64,000 nucleotides of DNA from a virus. Under the pieces are notes generated by a model, which saw only the letters and a list, made by a program, of their open reading frames with translations, was not told the origin of the DNA and searched no databases. Numbering within the stretch: position 1 is the stretch's first letter; each line of letters begins with the position of its first letter. Positions 36,567 to 46,038 of the stretch are shown piece after piece. The stretch lies in IMG/VR virus record IMGVR_UViG_3300045988_016718; one strand, given 5' to 3'. Made by a program: the position numbers and the translations under genes.

Positions 36567-37238
36567 TTAATACTCTTGATACCACTTGATAGTGATACCA
36601 TATTTACTTTTCAATTCCCTGTTAATATCAGTGAACAGTTTAGGGTTCATTTTAGTCTCTGTTCTTGCATTATATGCAGGATGAGGTACTTTAATCACTG
36701 TTCCTGTTTTAATATAAGGCTGAAATGTACCAGCCTGACTTCCAAATAATACATATATCAGACCGGGATTAGTTTCTGATATGTTCTTCAACAAACTGCT
36801 GATAAATGGTCTCCATAACATAGTATGACTACCAACCTTATTCATCTCTACAGTCAATGCTGAATTAATCATCAATATCCCTTGTCTTGCCCAACTTTCT
36901 AAGGTTTGGTCAAAGATAATGCTATTATGTGGAACCTCAAAGTTAACTGCTGCTTCTTTAACAACTTTTAAAGAAGGAGACAACCCATCCTCTGGTACAT
37001 CAGCCCTGTTGCCAAATAATATTCCTGTAGCCACATCCCTTTGTGGATATGGGTCTTGTCCTATAAATACTACTTTCAACTCATTATAAGGACATAAATC
37101 AAAGGCTCTGAATACATTTTCAGCTGCTGGACAGACTTTCTTTGAGCCATAAAGCCTGTTCATTGCATCAATAACTATATTCAGTTCCTTTTGATTTATG
37201 ACTCTTATCCAATCACCAAAGTATTCCTCTAGGCTCAT
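36567..37238 (-). CDS. uracil-DNA glycosylase (family 1-like)
   Basis: VVFIGQDPYPQRDVATGILFG aligns with the UNG motif GQDPYH...GL.FS. ILMINSALTV and VPHPAY (HPSP-like) are also present. Confidence 0.8.
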   Translation of the reverse strand: MSLEEYFGDWIRVINQKELNIVIDAMNRLYGSKKVCPAAENVFRAFDLCPYNELKVVFIGQDPYPQRDVATGILFGNRADVPEDGLSPSLKVVKEAAVNFEVPHNSIIFDQTLESWARQGILMINSALTVEMNKVGSHTMLWRPFISSLLKNISETNPGLIYVLFGSQAGTFQPYIKTGTVIKVPHPAYNARTETKMNPKLFTDINRELKSKYGITIKWYQEY

Positions 37239-38035
37239 ATCTTCATATATTCTCTCATAAGTCCAATGTTATCCTTTAGGAAACTATTGACTTCTTCATC
37301 ATTGAAGTGAGATAAATCAGGCATATCAGGTTTATGAATGAACCTATCACTTACATCAGCTACAATAATTTCAGGCATCTTCTTTACAAATTGAGTTCTT
37401 GGTCCATCAGGAAAGTTGAACTTATTAATCACTGAAGAAGTCATTGCACTAAGAGATGCCCCATGTGTTATTACAGTAGGTATGAGCTTCTTAAGGATAT
37501 TCTTCTCAACTGGTCCATCACCTGTAAACACTTTAGGACTGATATACATAACTGACTTTATGAGTTCAGGATAGTTGTTAGTTAAGTTATACTTGATAGT
37601 ATTTAATAACAGCAACTCCATTTGACTGTTGAATATGACACCAGCACCACCATAATATACAAGATCTGCATTAGTTGTTACTTTACATAACTTATAATGA
37701 GTAGATGTCTCAAGCATGGCTCTTATCATAGAATCTGATGTTCTTTTGGTCTGTTCCATGCCAACAAATAGAGGAGTGATATAACATTCAACAATCTCAT
37801 CTTCATGTCCAGCAGTAATCCTAAGGTCCCTATTACTAACAAGAATATCTTGAACCTCTCTTCTACAGAATACAGGAACTTCAACTTCATCACCTCTCAG
37901 GTCTACCTCAAAGAATCTTTGAAATACATTGTTACCATTGAAGTTAGTGATATCAGTGTCAATAGGTCTTGTGTATGAAGTATTTCTAGTAAAATCAAGA
38001 CTTGCTAGTACTGTTCTTTCATATATTCCTGCCAT
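37235..38035 (-). CDS. hypothetical protein translationally coupled to the E1-like gene
   Basis: 266-aa ORF. Its ATG shares one nucleotide with the E1-like stop (TAATG), and its own stop overlaps the UDG start (ATGA). No motif recognised. Confidence 0.55.
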   Translation of the reverse strand: MAGIYERTVLASLDFTRNTSYTRPIDTDITNFNGNNVFQRFFEVDLRGDEVEVPVFCRREVQDILVSNRDLRITAGHEDEIVECYITPLFVGMEQTKRTSDSMIRAMLETSTHYKLCKVTTNADLVYYGGAGVIFNSQMELLLLNTIKYNLTNNYPELIKSVMYISPKVFTGDGPVEKNILKKLIPTVITHGASLSAMTSSVINKFNFPDGPRTQFVKKMPEIIVADVSDRFIHKPDMPDLSHFNDEEVNSFLKDNIGLMREYMKI

Positions 38036-39363
38036 TACATTTCAACTTTAAAATACATTGTATCAGCTGCAAAGGAAGTGTAGAATGGCACATCTCTTGG
38101 CATAATAGGATTACACTCATTGGCTACAAAATTTACAAAGATGTTGACCATAAGTGATGCAATCATATTAGCCATGAATGTAGTCTGTTTATAACTACAT
38201 ACAGTAGCATCAGCAGCTGCATCACTAAATAACCACTCTCTTTGATACTGTTCCATTGCTCTTGTGTCATTACCTTGAATAGCCAAAACCTGTAACTCTT
38301 CTGCTGCAAGTCTACCATCAATAAGCAAGCATTTACCTCTTTCTTCTTCTGGTTTAGACATTACATGAGCACACCATTTACTAAATACAAGTTTCCTTGC
38401 AGCCATGTTATCAAATCCACAAATCATGATATCATCAACACCACTGGTTTCATCATAAAGCCTATTCATAGCAATAATACTATGATAGTCAGCATAATTA
38501 GCCACCATATCAGCAAGAGCATCAACCTTTGGATTGCCAATGTCACTTCTGCCATATAACTGACCTGACATATTGACAGCTTCAACAACATCATTGTCAT
38601 AGATAATAAGTCTTGCTGGTTTCATTCTAGCTAACAAGAAGCCAATATAACTACCAATACCACCAACACCAGCTAAGATAATGTTCTTAGTCTGTAGTTG
38701 TTCATACCATATTGCACCACTGAACCTTGTAGTGGTTTCATCAACTGCCAAAGACCCTGAGTTAAGAGGAATCTCAATATGATTAGCTAATGCAAAGGCT
38801 CTACCTTTAGCATCTGCTTCATCAAATCTTGTACTCCAATAGTTATTAACCCAAAACTCTTTCATGTTGTTACCTGCACCAGCGTTGTTCTCTTTAAGAA
38901 CAATTCTCCATACACCATTATTAGGTGCACTTGCATCACTTCTTTCACGACGATGAAGTGCTCTGTTTGCTTTTTGGATTATGTACCAAGTACCTGCTTC
39001 AATTCTCTTGATATATGTTTCAAGTTCTGTAGGTCTACCTTGTGGACTATAGCCACAACATACATAATCATTCTCATAACCTAAAGGTGGTTCTGGTTCT
39101 GGTGGAACTGGCAAAGGTTGTTCAGGCACAGCTACAGGTACAGGCTCAAGTTCAATTTCTCCATTAGCAGTCACTTCTTCCATAGCTGCTTGAAGTTGTT
39201 GCATTAACTCTATTGATTCAGGAGTTAATTCCACTTCAATACCATTAGGAGCACTAAGACTCTGTGCTATGGAAGACTCTGTGGATACTACTCCTTCAGT
39301 AATTTCACGAGTTATTATTCTTCTTAGCTGCTCAACAGCAGCATCTCTTATTTCTTCATTCAT
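38035..39363 (-). CDS. E1-like (ThiF/MoeB-fold) adenylyltransferase with a ~220-aa N-terminal extension
   Basis: NIILAGVGGIGSYIGFLLARM...IIYDNDVVEAVNMSGQLY...GNPKVDAL...GFDNMAARK reproduces the GxGxxG, acidic beta2 end, SNLNRQ-like, G.pKa and DN..aR motifs of E1/ThiF enzymes (nt 38641-38679 for GxGxxG). A Pro-rich linker (PVPVAVPEQPLPVPPEPEPP) precedes the domain. Confidence 0.8.
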   Translation of the reverse strand: MNEEIRDAAVEQLRRIITREITEGVVSTESSIAQSLSAPNGIEVELTPESIELMQQLQAAMEEVTANGEIELEPVPVAVPEQPLPVPPEPEPPLGYENDYVCCGYSPQGRPTELETYIKRIEAGTWYIIQKANRALHRRERSDASAPNNGVWRIVLKENNAGAGNNMKEFWVNNYWSTRFDEADAKGRAFALANHIEIPLNSGSLAVDETTTRFSGAIWYEQLQTKNIILAGVGGIGSYIGFLLARMKPARLIIYDNDVVEAVNMSGQLYGRSDIGNPKVDALADMVANYADYHSIIAMNRLYDETSGVDDIMICGFDNMAARKLVFSKWCAHVMSKPEEERGKCLLIDGRLAAEELQVLAIQGNDTRAMEQYQREWLFSDAAADATVCSYKQTTFMANMIASLMVNIFVNFVANECNPIMPRDVPFYTSFAADTMYFKVEM

Positions 39364-39374
39364 GTTTAAATCTC

Positions 39375-40670
39375 CTATAAAATATAATCATCAAGGAGCT
39401 TGATGTATAATTTAAGCCACACATTGGTAGGCAACTCCATAAGAGCATTTCTTACTTCATAAGCAAGAATAGCTATCATCTCTGTATCATCAAGCACATT
39501 AACCAATGTTTCATCTGTTGTATAATTGACAAGGAAATCAACATGATTTGATGCCCAATACTCAAACTCCTTAACAGAATCAAATCTGTCAGAGTAGAAC
39601 TTATCCATGCTGCCTGCCCACTTGTTGATATCTACCTTATTATCAACAGGAAGAATAATACTACCTGTGATAATCTGTTTAACCAGCCAGTCAATGACTT
39701 TAGCATCAGCCCTTACAACATTATAAGGGATAGCATAATCAGAAGCTTCAAATGGAAGCTCCTTTTGAGTTGGAGCAGCAGTTTCTTTAGCTTGTCCTTG
39801 AAAGGGATAACTAGATTTATGTTCTTCAAACTCTTTCTTAGGTTGACCAAACTGACTTGGGGGTACATAAGTTCCACCTGTTGCTGGTTTCCCAGTAGCA
39901 GCACCTACTGTTTGAAGTCCGGGGTATCTACTCTGATATGCACTGGTTCCATAGCTATTGTAACCACCATAAGTAGCACTGGGTGTATATACTTTCTTAG
40001 CTTTCTCTGCATCAATCTCTTTCATGCGAGCAAGCATTTCCTTCTCAACTTCATCAACAGGAACAGTCTCTTTCTGAATCTCAAGAGGGAACCATTCAAG
40101 ATACTCTTCTTCAGCTTCAAATTCATCAGTACCTTTGATTTCTCCTTCTTTCCAAGTAGGGTAAGTAAACTCTTCTTTCACCTGTTGTTTAGCCTTATAC
40201 CTTCTGGTAACTGCTGCACTATAAGTACCAGCATTGTTTACAATCAAAGACACAAAGTGTGCCATATCTTCACCCTCTTGACTTAATGTTCCTGTATCAG
40301 TTCCACTAAAGAAAGTAGCCATATTGTTATGACTATGAATAAGCCCTTGGAACACATCTTCACTAAGCAATTCAGGATGGTCAATCATATAACTTACTAT
40401 GTCAGGTGACACATTAAATTCAGTATAACCACCAGTTCCTTTGTCCATCTGAAAGATGTCCACACACTTGATAGTCAAAGGATTGTCTTTATCATTAAAA
40501 GCACCTTCAACTTGATAGAACAGTACTCCTGACCATTCTACTTGGCTAATGTGAGTACACAATAACCTGATTTTCTTTTCTACCTCTACAGGTATGATTA
40601 TTTTATAGGGTAAATCTGGTTTTCTTTTTATCAATTCCAGACTTGGCTTTTTTGCTGTTTCCATATTCAC
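39375..40670 (-). CDS. JAB/MPN (JAMM) metallopeptidase domain protein with a long C-terminal extension
   Basis: The JAMM motif is complete: SQVEWSG (Glu) followed by HSHNNMATFFSGTD (HxHx7SxxD), at nt 40296-40337. The C-terminal ~230 aa are low-complexity plus helical. Confidence 0.85.
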   Translation of the reverse strand: MNMETAKKPSLELIKRKPDLPYKIIIPVEVEKKIRLLCTHISQVEWSGVLFYQVEGAFNDKDNPLTIKCVDIFQMDKGTGGYTEFNVSPDIVSYMIDHPELLSEDVFQGLIHSHNNMATFFSGTDTGTLSQEGEDMAHFVSLIVNNAGTYSAAVTRRYKAKQQVKEEFTYPTWKEGEIKGTDEFEAEEEYLEWFPLEIQKETVPVDEVEKEMLARMKEIDAEKAKKVYTPSATYGGYNSYGTSAYQSRYPGLQTVGAATGKPATGGTYVPPSQFGQPKKEFEEHKSSYPFQGQAKETAAPTQKELPFEASDYAIPYNVVRADAKVIDWLVKQIITGSIILPVDNKVDINKWAGSMDKFYSDRFDSVKEFEYWASNHVDFLVNYTTDETLVNVLDDTEMIAILAYEVRNALMELPTNVWLKLYIKLLDDYIL

Positions 40671-41895
40671 AATTTAATAATTCTAATATTGCACAAACAT
40701 ACTCTCTTACTATATCTGTATTGAGTATTGTAGATGTATTTCTTACACCAGTTGCTAATCCATTGATTACAAGATTAACATCCTTGCCTTTAAAGGTTAA
40801 TACCTTCCTTCCTACATATTGACTATAGTCCCTACTTGCATTTGAATTAGGGTCAAATATAGCACCATTAGCTATGATAGCCTGTTTAAGCACACCATCA
40901 CCTTGAAGGTCATATAAAGCTGGCATATTTGGTGCTTTTCTATACTCATCATTATACCAGTCAATGAAAGCATTACTTATGGTCAACACAGTATCAGTGA
41001 ATGTATGAGCCAATCCATAGGAACCTTTTCTATAGTTGAACTTAAGTATGTTATTGGTAAACAAATAATCAAGGAACTTACTTGATAATTCCTTTGTGAA
41101 ATACTCCTTCGAGATATGATTGTTCTGTTCTATAGGAAAGTTATCCCTCTTGTTACTACCATTAGCACCAATATTCTCCATTCTTCTATAAGGACCACCA
41201 GTAAGCGATTCTGTACCCATATACCTTTCAAGTTCAAGACAGAATAACTGCCATATAGGTTCATCAAATCCTACTGTAAGACTGCTCATAGTATTATTGA
41301 TAGGACCACTACCAGTACATACACTTCTGAACTTAAATTCAAAGTCAATACCACTTACATGAGAGTGCATATAGTCAGACTGCATATGTACAACATCATA
41401 CTCTGACCTGTTCATTTTGAACCAGCCTTTGCCTTTACCTTCCCATGTTACAGGAACCTTTGCCCACAGATTATCAACTTCTACAGTTCTATCATATTCA
41501 TTCCTGATAGTCACATGAGGAAAATGTATTATAATAGGTATATCTATGAACCACCTATTCCCTATGAACTCTTTCATATAAGGAACAAATCTATCAAATA
41601 TTGCCACACTTTCAGTTACAGGATACCTGTGCATCGTATTCCTAAAATCTGAAATTATATCCTCATTATGATTGCTCCTCATATAAGAGCTGGTTGCAAA
41701 GGTGCTTGCACTGCCTCCTACTAAATCATACATAGAATATTCATTCAAGACACTAATAAAGTCTTCCAAGCTAATAGGCTGTAAATCAACTCTTTCCTCA
41801 CCATAGAAGTCATTGAATATCTCTGTAACTGCTCTTGGTAGTTCAAGCAACTCTCGATAGAGAGTCTCTACTTTCTGTTTTAATTCTTCATTCAT
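40603..41895 (-). CDS. hypothetical protein, first gene of the JAB/E1 sub-operon
   Basis: 430-aa ORF starting after a strong terminator and overlapping the JAB ORF by 68 nt. No motif recognised. Confidence 0.55.
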   Translation of the reverse strand: MNEELKQKVETLYRELLELPRAVTEIFNDFYGEERVDLQPISLEDFISVLNEYSMYDLVGGSASTFATSSYMRSNHNEDIISDFRNTMHRYPVTESVAIFDRFVPYMKEFIGNRWFIDIPIIIHFPHVTIRNEYDRTVEVDNLWAKVPVTWEGKGKGWFKMNRSEYDVVHMQSDYMHSHVSGIDFEFKFRSVCTGSGPINNTMSSLTVGFDEPIWQLFCLELERYMGTESLTGGPYRRMENIGANGSNKRDNFPIEQNNHISKEYFTKELSSKFLDYLFTNNILKFNYRKGSYGLAHTFTDTVLTISNAFIDWYNDEYRKAPNMPALYDLQGDGVLKQAIIANGAIFDPNSNASRDYSQYVGRKVLTFKGKDVNLVINGLATGVRNTSTILNTDIVREYVCAILELLNCEYGNSKKAKSGIDKKKTRFTL

Positions 41896-41911
41896 AACAA
41901 TTTAGTTACAA

Positions 41912-41950
41912 GAAAAAAAGAAGGAGAAGGCTTATACAGCTTTCTCCTTC
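41912..41950 (-). terminator. strong intrinsic terminator
   Basis: 13-bp stem gaaggagaaggct / agctttctccttc with a 5-nt loop. In minus sense it is followed by TTTTTTTCTT. Confidence 0.8.
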
Positions 41951-41957
41951 AAATTGT

Positions 41958-42668
41958 TTAACCTAAAACAAAGTCAAACATCTTATTTACTTCCTCTTTG
42001 GGCATCTTTTCAGATGCAGTGGCTTCTGTTGCACCGCCATTCAGAGTACTCATGACTTTATCATAAGTATCTTCCTCAATGGTGTCATTACCATACAAGT
42101 CCTCAACAAGGATTTTCAAAGCCTGTTCACAGTTACCTGATGCAGGTGCTGCTACTACTGCCGGAGCTTCAGGAGCTTCTTCTTTCTTAGTTTCAGCAAC
42201 TGGCTTCCTTGCAGCTTTCTTTGCTGTAGGAGCAGCTGCCGGAGCTTCAACTTTTGCTTCTTTTTTACCTTGTGATTCAATCAAGTCAATCAGGTCCTGA
42301 GTCTTGCACATAGTGAAGTTCTTGCCAAACTTTGCTACACAAGCAGCCTGCAAGCCATTAGCCTTGATTGCATCATAGGCTTCACTTCTTGTCATGGCAC
42401 CTGACTTGATTTTCTTTTCCGGAGCTGTCAACAGGAATGTCAAATCATTGACAATCTGACCTTTGTAAGGAATATTGGTAGGCAGTGGAGCTGCATCATC
42501 TTTCAATTCAGCTCTCATGTGACCTTCAAAGAAAGTCATACCTTCATAGTTGATGCCAAGTTCCCTCATTTCAGCCTTCAACTCACCAAGGTTAGTTGCA
42601 CTAGATGCCTGAATGATTGATTGTTTCTGAGTCTTGTTATTGATAATTGTTACTTTACGAGTTTCCAT
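41958..42668 (-). CDS. beta-grasp-like N-domain / SAP(HeH)-like / AKP-rich linker protein; probable abundant DNA-associated protein
   Basis: Residues 1-85 (KVTIINNKTQKQSIIQ..NLGELKAEMRELGI..MTFFEG..LTFLLTAP) read as a beta-beta-alpha-beta-beta pattern. They are followed by KIKSG, a helix-extended-helix segment (TRSEAYDAIKANGLQAACVAKFGKNF), and a histone-H1-like linker (KKEAKVEAPAAAPTAKKAARKPVAETKKEEAPEAP). The protein ends in ...FVLG. It is a monocistronic-looking unit with its own terminator. Confidence 0.4.
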   Translation of the reverse strand: METRKVTIINNKTQKQSIIQASSATNLGELKAEMRELGINYEGMTFFEGHMRAELKDDAAPLPTNIPYKGQIVNDLTFLLTAPEKKIKSGAMTRSEAYDAIKANGLQAACVAKFGKNFTMCKTQDLIDLIESQGKKEAKVEAPAAAPTAKKAARKPVAETKKEEAPEAPAVVAAPASGNCEQALKILVEDLYGNDTIEEDTYDKVMSTLNGGATEATASEKMPKEEVNKMFDFVLG

Positions 42669-42689
42669 AATGTTTTCTGTTTTAAAATG

Positions 42690-43688
42690 TTACTTAAATA
42701 GACCTAAAATTATTTCTTTGAACAACTCTTTGTTCTGGAGCTGCTTGTAGAGGTCTGCTACATCTTTTGCCCCATTTATATTAGGTAAGATTAAGTTAGT
42801 GAATCCAGTAGACTCTGATAGTTTCTCTCCATCTTTGAGACCAGCTTCATCATTGTCCAGTAGTATATAGACCTCTCTATATCTCCTTCTTAATTCACTA
42901 ACTGCTGTTTCACTCATGCCATAGCCCTCACCTTGTATAGCTATAGCTGGAATGCCTGTATTAGCCCACAGACAAAGGGCATCCTTCATGCTTGCACAGA
43001 TACAGATTCTTGTACCAAACTCTGGTACTTTAGTCCATAAACTTATAACAGACCTATCATGCCTGTTACTCCATTTATATCCCTTAGTGTTGAATGGTTG
43101 GTATATCTTAAGTGTAATATTGCCTTCTTTTCTTTCAACATAGGCATAGGCATATTTGTCTGCCCCAAACACATACTCTTGACCATTCTTTATCACTATC
43201 TTATGACTTATAGGATATATATCAGCATAATCTAGCCATTCTAAGGTTATTCCAAAGGATTCCCAGAACTCTATATCATGCTTAGCCCAAGGTCTGACCT
43301 TGCACTTCAAGTCTATTGACTTTGGTTGTTTATGAAGTACCTTATCTGAATACTCTGTAGTTTTAACATTGAACACTGGATTGGTACTGGAGAAATTAGG
43401 TAAGTCCTCCCATACTCTGGTTAATACCTGTATGTAACTCACCCCCCAATATAAGCCAAGTAGGTCCCATAGACCCCCTCTATCTCTTGTTGCATAGTCT
43501 ACAAAGTGAACTCTTTTTCCATCAGATGAATATAAACCAAAAGAAGGTTTTCTATCTTGCCTTAATGGAGAGTTTATTATCACAGGTAGTTCACTAACAC
43601 CAAAATAGTGATTGAGTACATCAAATTCACTTACTTTATTGAGCAATTCTTCCAAGGTTACACTTGGCTTACCAGTACCAAAAGCCAT
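42690..43688 (-). CDS. DNA primase (TOPRIM domain)
   Basis: C-terminal AIQGEGYG ... VYILLDNDEAGLKDGEKL gives the TOPRIM Glu and DxD motifs. It sits next to the helicase, ATPase and SSB-like genes. Confidence 0.7.
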   Translation of the reverse strand: MAFGTGKPSVTLEELLNKVSEFDVLNHYFGVSELPVIINSPLRQDRKPSFGLYSSDGKRVHFVDYATRDRGGLWDLLGLYWGVSYIQVLTRVWEDLPNFSSTNPVFNVKTTEYSDKVLHKQPKSIDLKCKVRPWAKHDIEFWESFGITLEWLDYADIYPISHKIVIKNGQEYVFGADKYAYAYVERKEGNITLKIYQPFNTKGYKWSNRHDRSVISLWTKVPEFGTRICICASMKDALCLWANTGIPAIAIQGEGYGMSETAVSELRRRYREVYILLDNDEAGLKDGEKLSESTGFTNLILPNINGAKDVADLYKQLQNKELFKEIILGLFK

Positions 43689-43707
43689 AATTCAATTAGT
43701 TAAAATG

Positions 43708-44637
43708 TTATTTATTCCAAGCAGCCCAAGGTGCATTGGTAGGAGCTGATTTAGCACCAAGAGGGTCATTTGCAGGTGATGAGAAGTCTGTACTCTCAAC
43801 GGCATACTCCTTAATAGGTTCAGCAAGGAACTCTACAGTAGGATATGCACCGGCATTCTTTCTTGCCTGCAAGTCTTCATCAAGTTTTGAATAATCACTG
43901 ATGACATTCTTCAAGAACTTCTTTGTGTAAACTGCCTGATACTGATTGTTATCATCAGTAGTTCTTACACCAAACATAGCTTTCACCCTGTTGTTTGGTT
44001 GTAAGTTGATTACACTCTTAAGTTCACTGATATCACCTCTGAAATAAGACTCAATCTTGTCAAGTCTTGCTTCTGCATCAGCCAAGTTCTTGATGAACAC
44101 TGTTTCATCACCTTTCCTGTATGACTTGTTAGGGATATTCAAGAAAGCCTTGATGAAAGCAGTCAAATCTGATTCACCAATATAGGCAGGTCTCATACCT
44201 GATGTGTCATACCACTTCATGTTGTCAGGAATAGCTTCTGAACCATTGAGACAACCAATAGGTAAATAGGTGGATTCACCATACTTATTGATTACTTCAA
44301 CCTTGCTTCCATCCCTGTTGAAGTTCTGATGTTTGTTCAGGAAGAAAGTGATTTTATCAGTCAGTTCAACACCACATTTCTCTACATCAGTCTTAACAAT
44401 GAAGTCAATCCTAATCTGTGGTACTTTGATTCTGTTACCATCAGGTCCCACTTCACTTTCACCTACATAAACAGGAGCATCATCAAGTGTTCTGTTGAAC
44501 AGTTTCTCATACTCTGCCTTGTTAGGATTAACACCAATCACAAACACTGGTGCTACACCAATATACAGTTTTCTTACTCTGTCTTTGCTTTCTGAACCAG
44601 AAGCAAAAGCCATCATAGCTACACTTTTATTCTTCAT
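43708..44637 (-). CDS. putative ssDNA-binding / replication accessory protein
   Basis: 309-aa ORF between the primase and ATPase genes. The call is by position only; no motif recognised. Confidence 0.3.
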   Translation of the reverse strand: MKNKSVAMMAFASGSESKDRVRKLYIGVAPVFVIGVNPNKAEYEKLFNRTLDDAPVYVGESEVGPDGNRIKVPQIRIDFIVKTDVEKCGVELTDKITFFLNKHQNFNRDGSKVEVINKYGESTYLPIGCLNGSEAIPDNMKWYDTSGMRPAYIGESDLTAFIKAFLNIPNKSYRKGDETVFIKNLADAEARLDKIESYFRGDISELKSVINLQPNNRVKAMFGVRTTDDNNQYQAVYTKKFLKNVISDYSKLDEDLQARKNAGAYPTVEFLAEPIKEYAVESTDFSSPANDPLGAKSAPTNAPWAAWNK

Positions 44638-44660
44638 TTCTTACTATTGTTTAAATGATT

Positions 44661-45032
44661 TTACAAATAAGGAATAGGTTCATCACCTACAGGAGCAAGA
44701 GGTGATTCAACAGCAGGGTCAATAGCAACTGCTTCTTGGGCAGCTACTTCAACTTCTCCAACTGTAGCACCTTCATCTACTGTACCTTCAGGTGCAGCAT
44801 CTGTTGCTTCTGCTACTTCCATGACTCCATTCAGGATTTCTTCTGATGTGAAACCACCAGACATTTTGATAATAGGAGCTTCAAAGCTATCAATCACTGT
44901 GTTCACCATGTCAAGTTCTGCTTGAAGGTCAGCAATCTTGCTTTCAAGTTTTGCTTTCTTTCTCCTTTGCATACTAACATTTTGTGCAGTCCTTTTAACT
45001 GCTGCAAGCTCAAATTTACTTAATTCTTTCAT
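44661..45032 (-). CDS. hypothetical coiled-coil / acidic protein
   Basis: 123-aa ORF. Confidence 0.5.
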   Translation of the reverse strand: MKELSKFELAAVKRTAQNVSMQRRKKAKLESKIADLQAELDMVNTVIDSFEAPIIKMSGGFTSEEILNGVMEVAEATDAAPEGTVDEGATVGEVEVAAQEAVAIDPAVESPLAPVGDEPIPYL

Positions 45033-45037
45033 ATGTT

Positions 45038-45319
45038 TTAAAATATTTGCAGCAACCTTCTGTTACCTTGAGGTTCATACATACTCTCTGCTGCGTAAAG
45101 TTTTGTTATTGAAAATTCCCTTTCAGCCCAATCAAGTGCCTCATAGAACAAGTCTATAAGGATTCCTTTCTTGGATGCTACTGTTACAAACAACTTTGAT
45201 TGTTGAGGGTCTTTGCCCTTATGTACACAATATTGCCATACAAATAGCTGGGCACCATAGTTACTTAAGGTGTTAAAGTTCAATTCCCTTGAAGCTCTAA
45301 CTACATCCTCTCTAGTCAT
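45038..45319 (-). CDS. hypothetical protein
   Basis: 93-aa ORF with a 4-nt overlap with the upstream gene. Confidence 0.5.
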   Translation of the reverse strand: MTREDVVRASRELNFNTLSNYGAQLFVWQYCVHKGKDPQQSKLFVTVASKKGILIDLFYEALDWAEREFSITKLYAAESMYEPQGNRRLLQIF

Positions 45320-46038
45320 TGTATCTTGTAATACTTCCTAACAGCATCATCTACAAGTTTCAAACTGTTAGGTATTTCAAACTTGTCAAACATACCAAGA
45401 GGAGTCTTTGCACTTGAGTGATTAGCTTTAGTCTGAAACCAATACTTGTTGTCACCATTATCACCAAATTCAACCCTAGTCATTATGACTATAGGATAGA
45501 ATCCTTCAGGTGGAGTCTTGGTCAGTTTCTTACCAATTACAGAGAACACAATCTTCTCTGTTCCATCAGGTTGAGTCTGCAACATAGTATGACCCATGAT
45601 ATATACTATCTGGTCTTCCCTAAGCAATGTATTACAGAGCATATTCAGCTCAATAACATCATTTGCAGCATCTCTCCATTGGTCAAAGGTCATCTTCTTC
45701 CTGTCATTGAACTCCTTCATTGCAAGATAGATATTGATAGTATCAATACTGACAGACTTAATGTGTTGCTGCTCTGCAATCCACTTAAGTATCTCTCTTA
45801 TCTCTGCAAATGAAGTAGGTTCAGCATAATTTCCCTTCTCCAACTCCCAAATACCTGCTGGTATTGGCAAATCTTTCCTGTCAAGATTCATAATGAAATG
45901 ACTCTTTGGGTTCATACCTTGATAGTCCTCAAGGTTAAAGCTTCCATCAGGATTGATTACAGTTGAAGTGGTTTTACCATCACCACTTTGTCCTAAAATT
46001 GCTACTATTTTTGCCATTCTTAAATTATTTACCTGCAA
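45316..46038 (-). CDS. RecA-like P-loop ATPase (phage AAA_24/Sak4-type)
   Basis: Walker A VAILGQSGDGKTTS and Walker B-like VYIMGH. Size and position next to the replicative helicase fit this type. Confidence 0.6.
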   Translation of the reverse strand: MQVNNLRMAKIVAILGQSGDGKTTSTVINPDGSFNLEDYQGMNPKSHFIMNLDRKDLPIPAGIWELEKGNYAEPTSFAEIREILKWIAEQQHIKSVSIDTINIYLAMKEFNDRKKMTFDQWRDAANDVIELNMLCNTLLREDQIVYIMGHTMLQTQPDGTEKIVFSVIGKKLTKTPPEGFYPIVIMTRVEFGDNGDNKYWFQTKANHSSAKTPLGMFDKFEIPNSLKLVDDAVRKYYKIQ

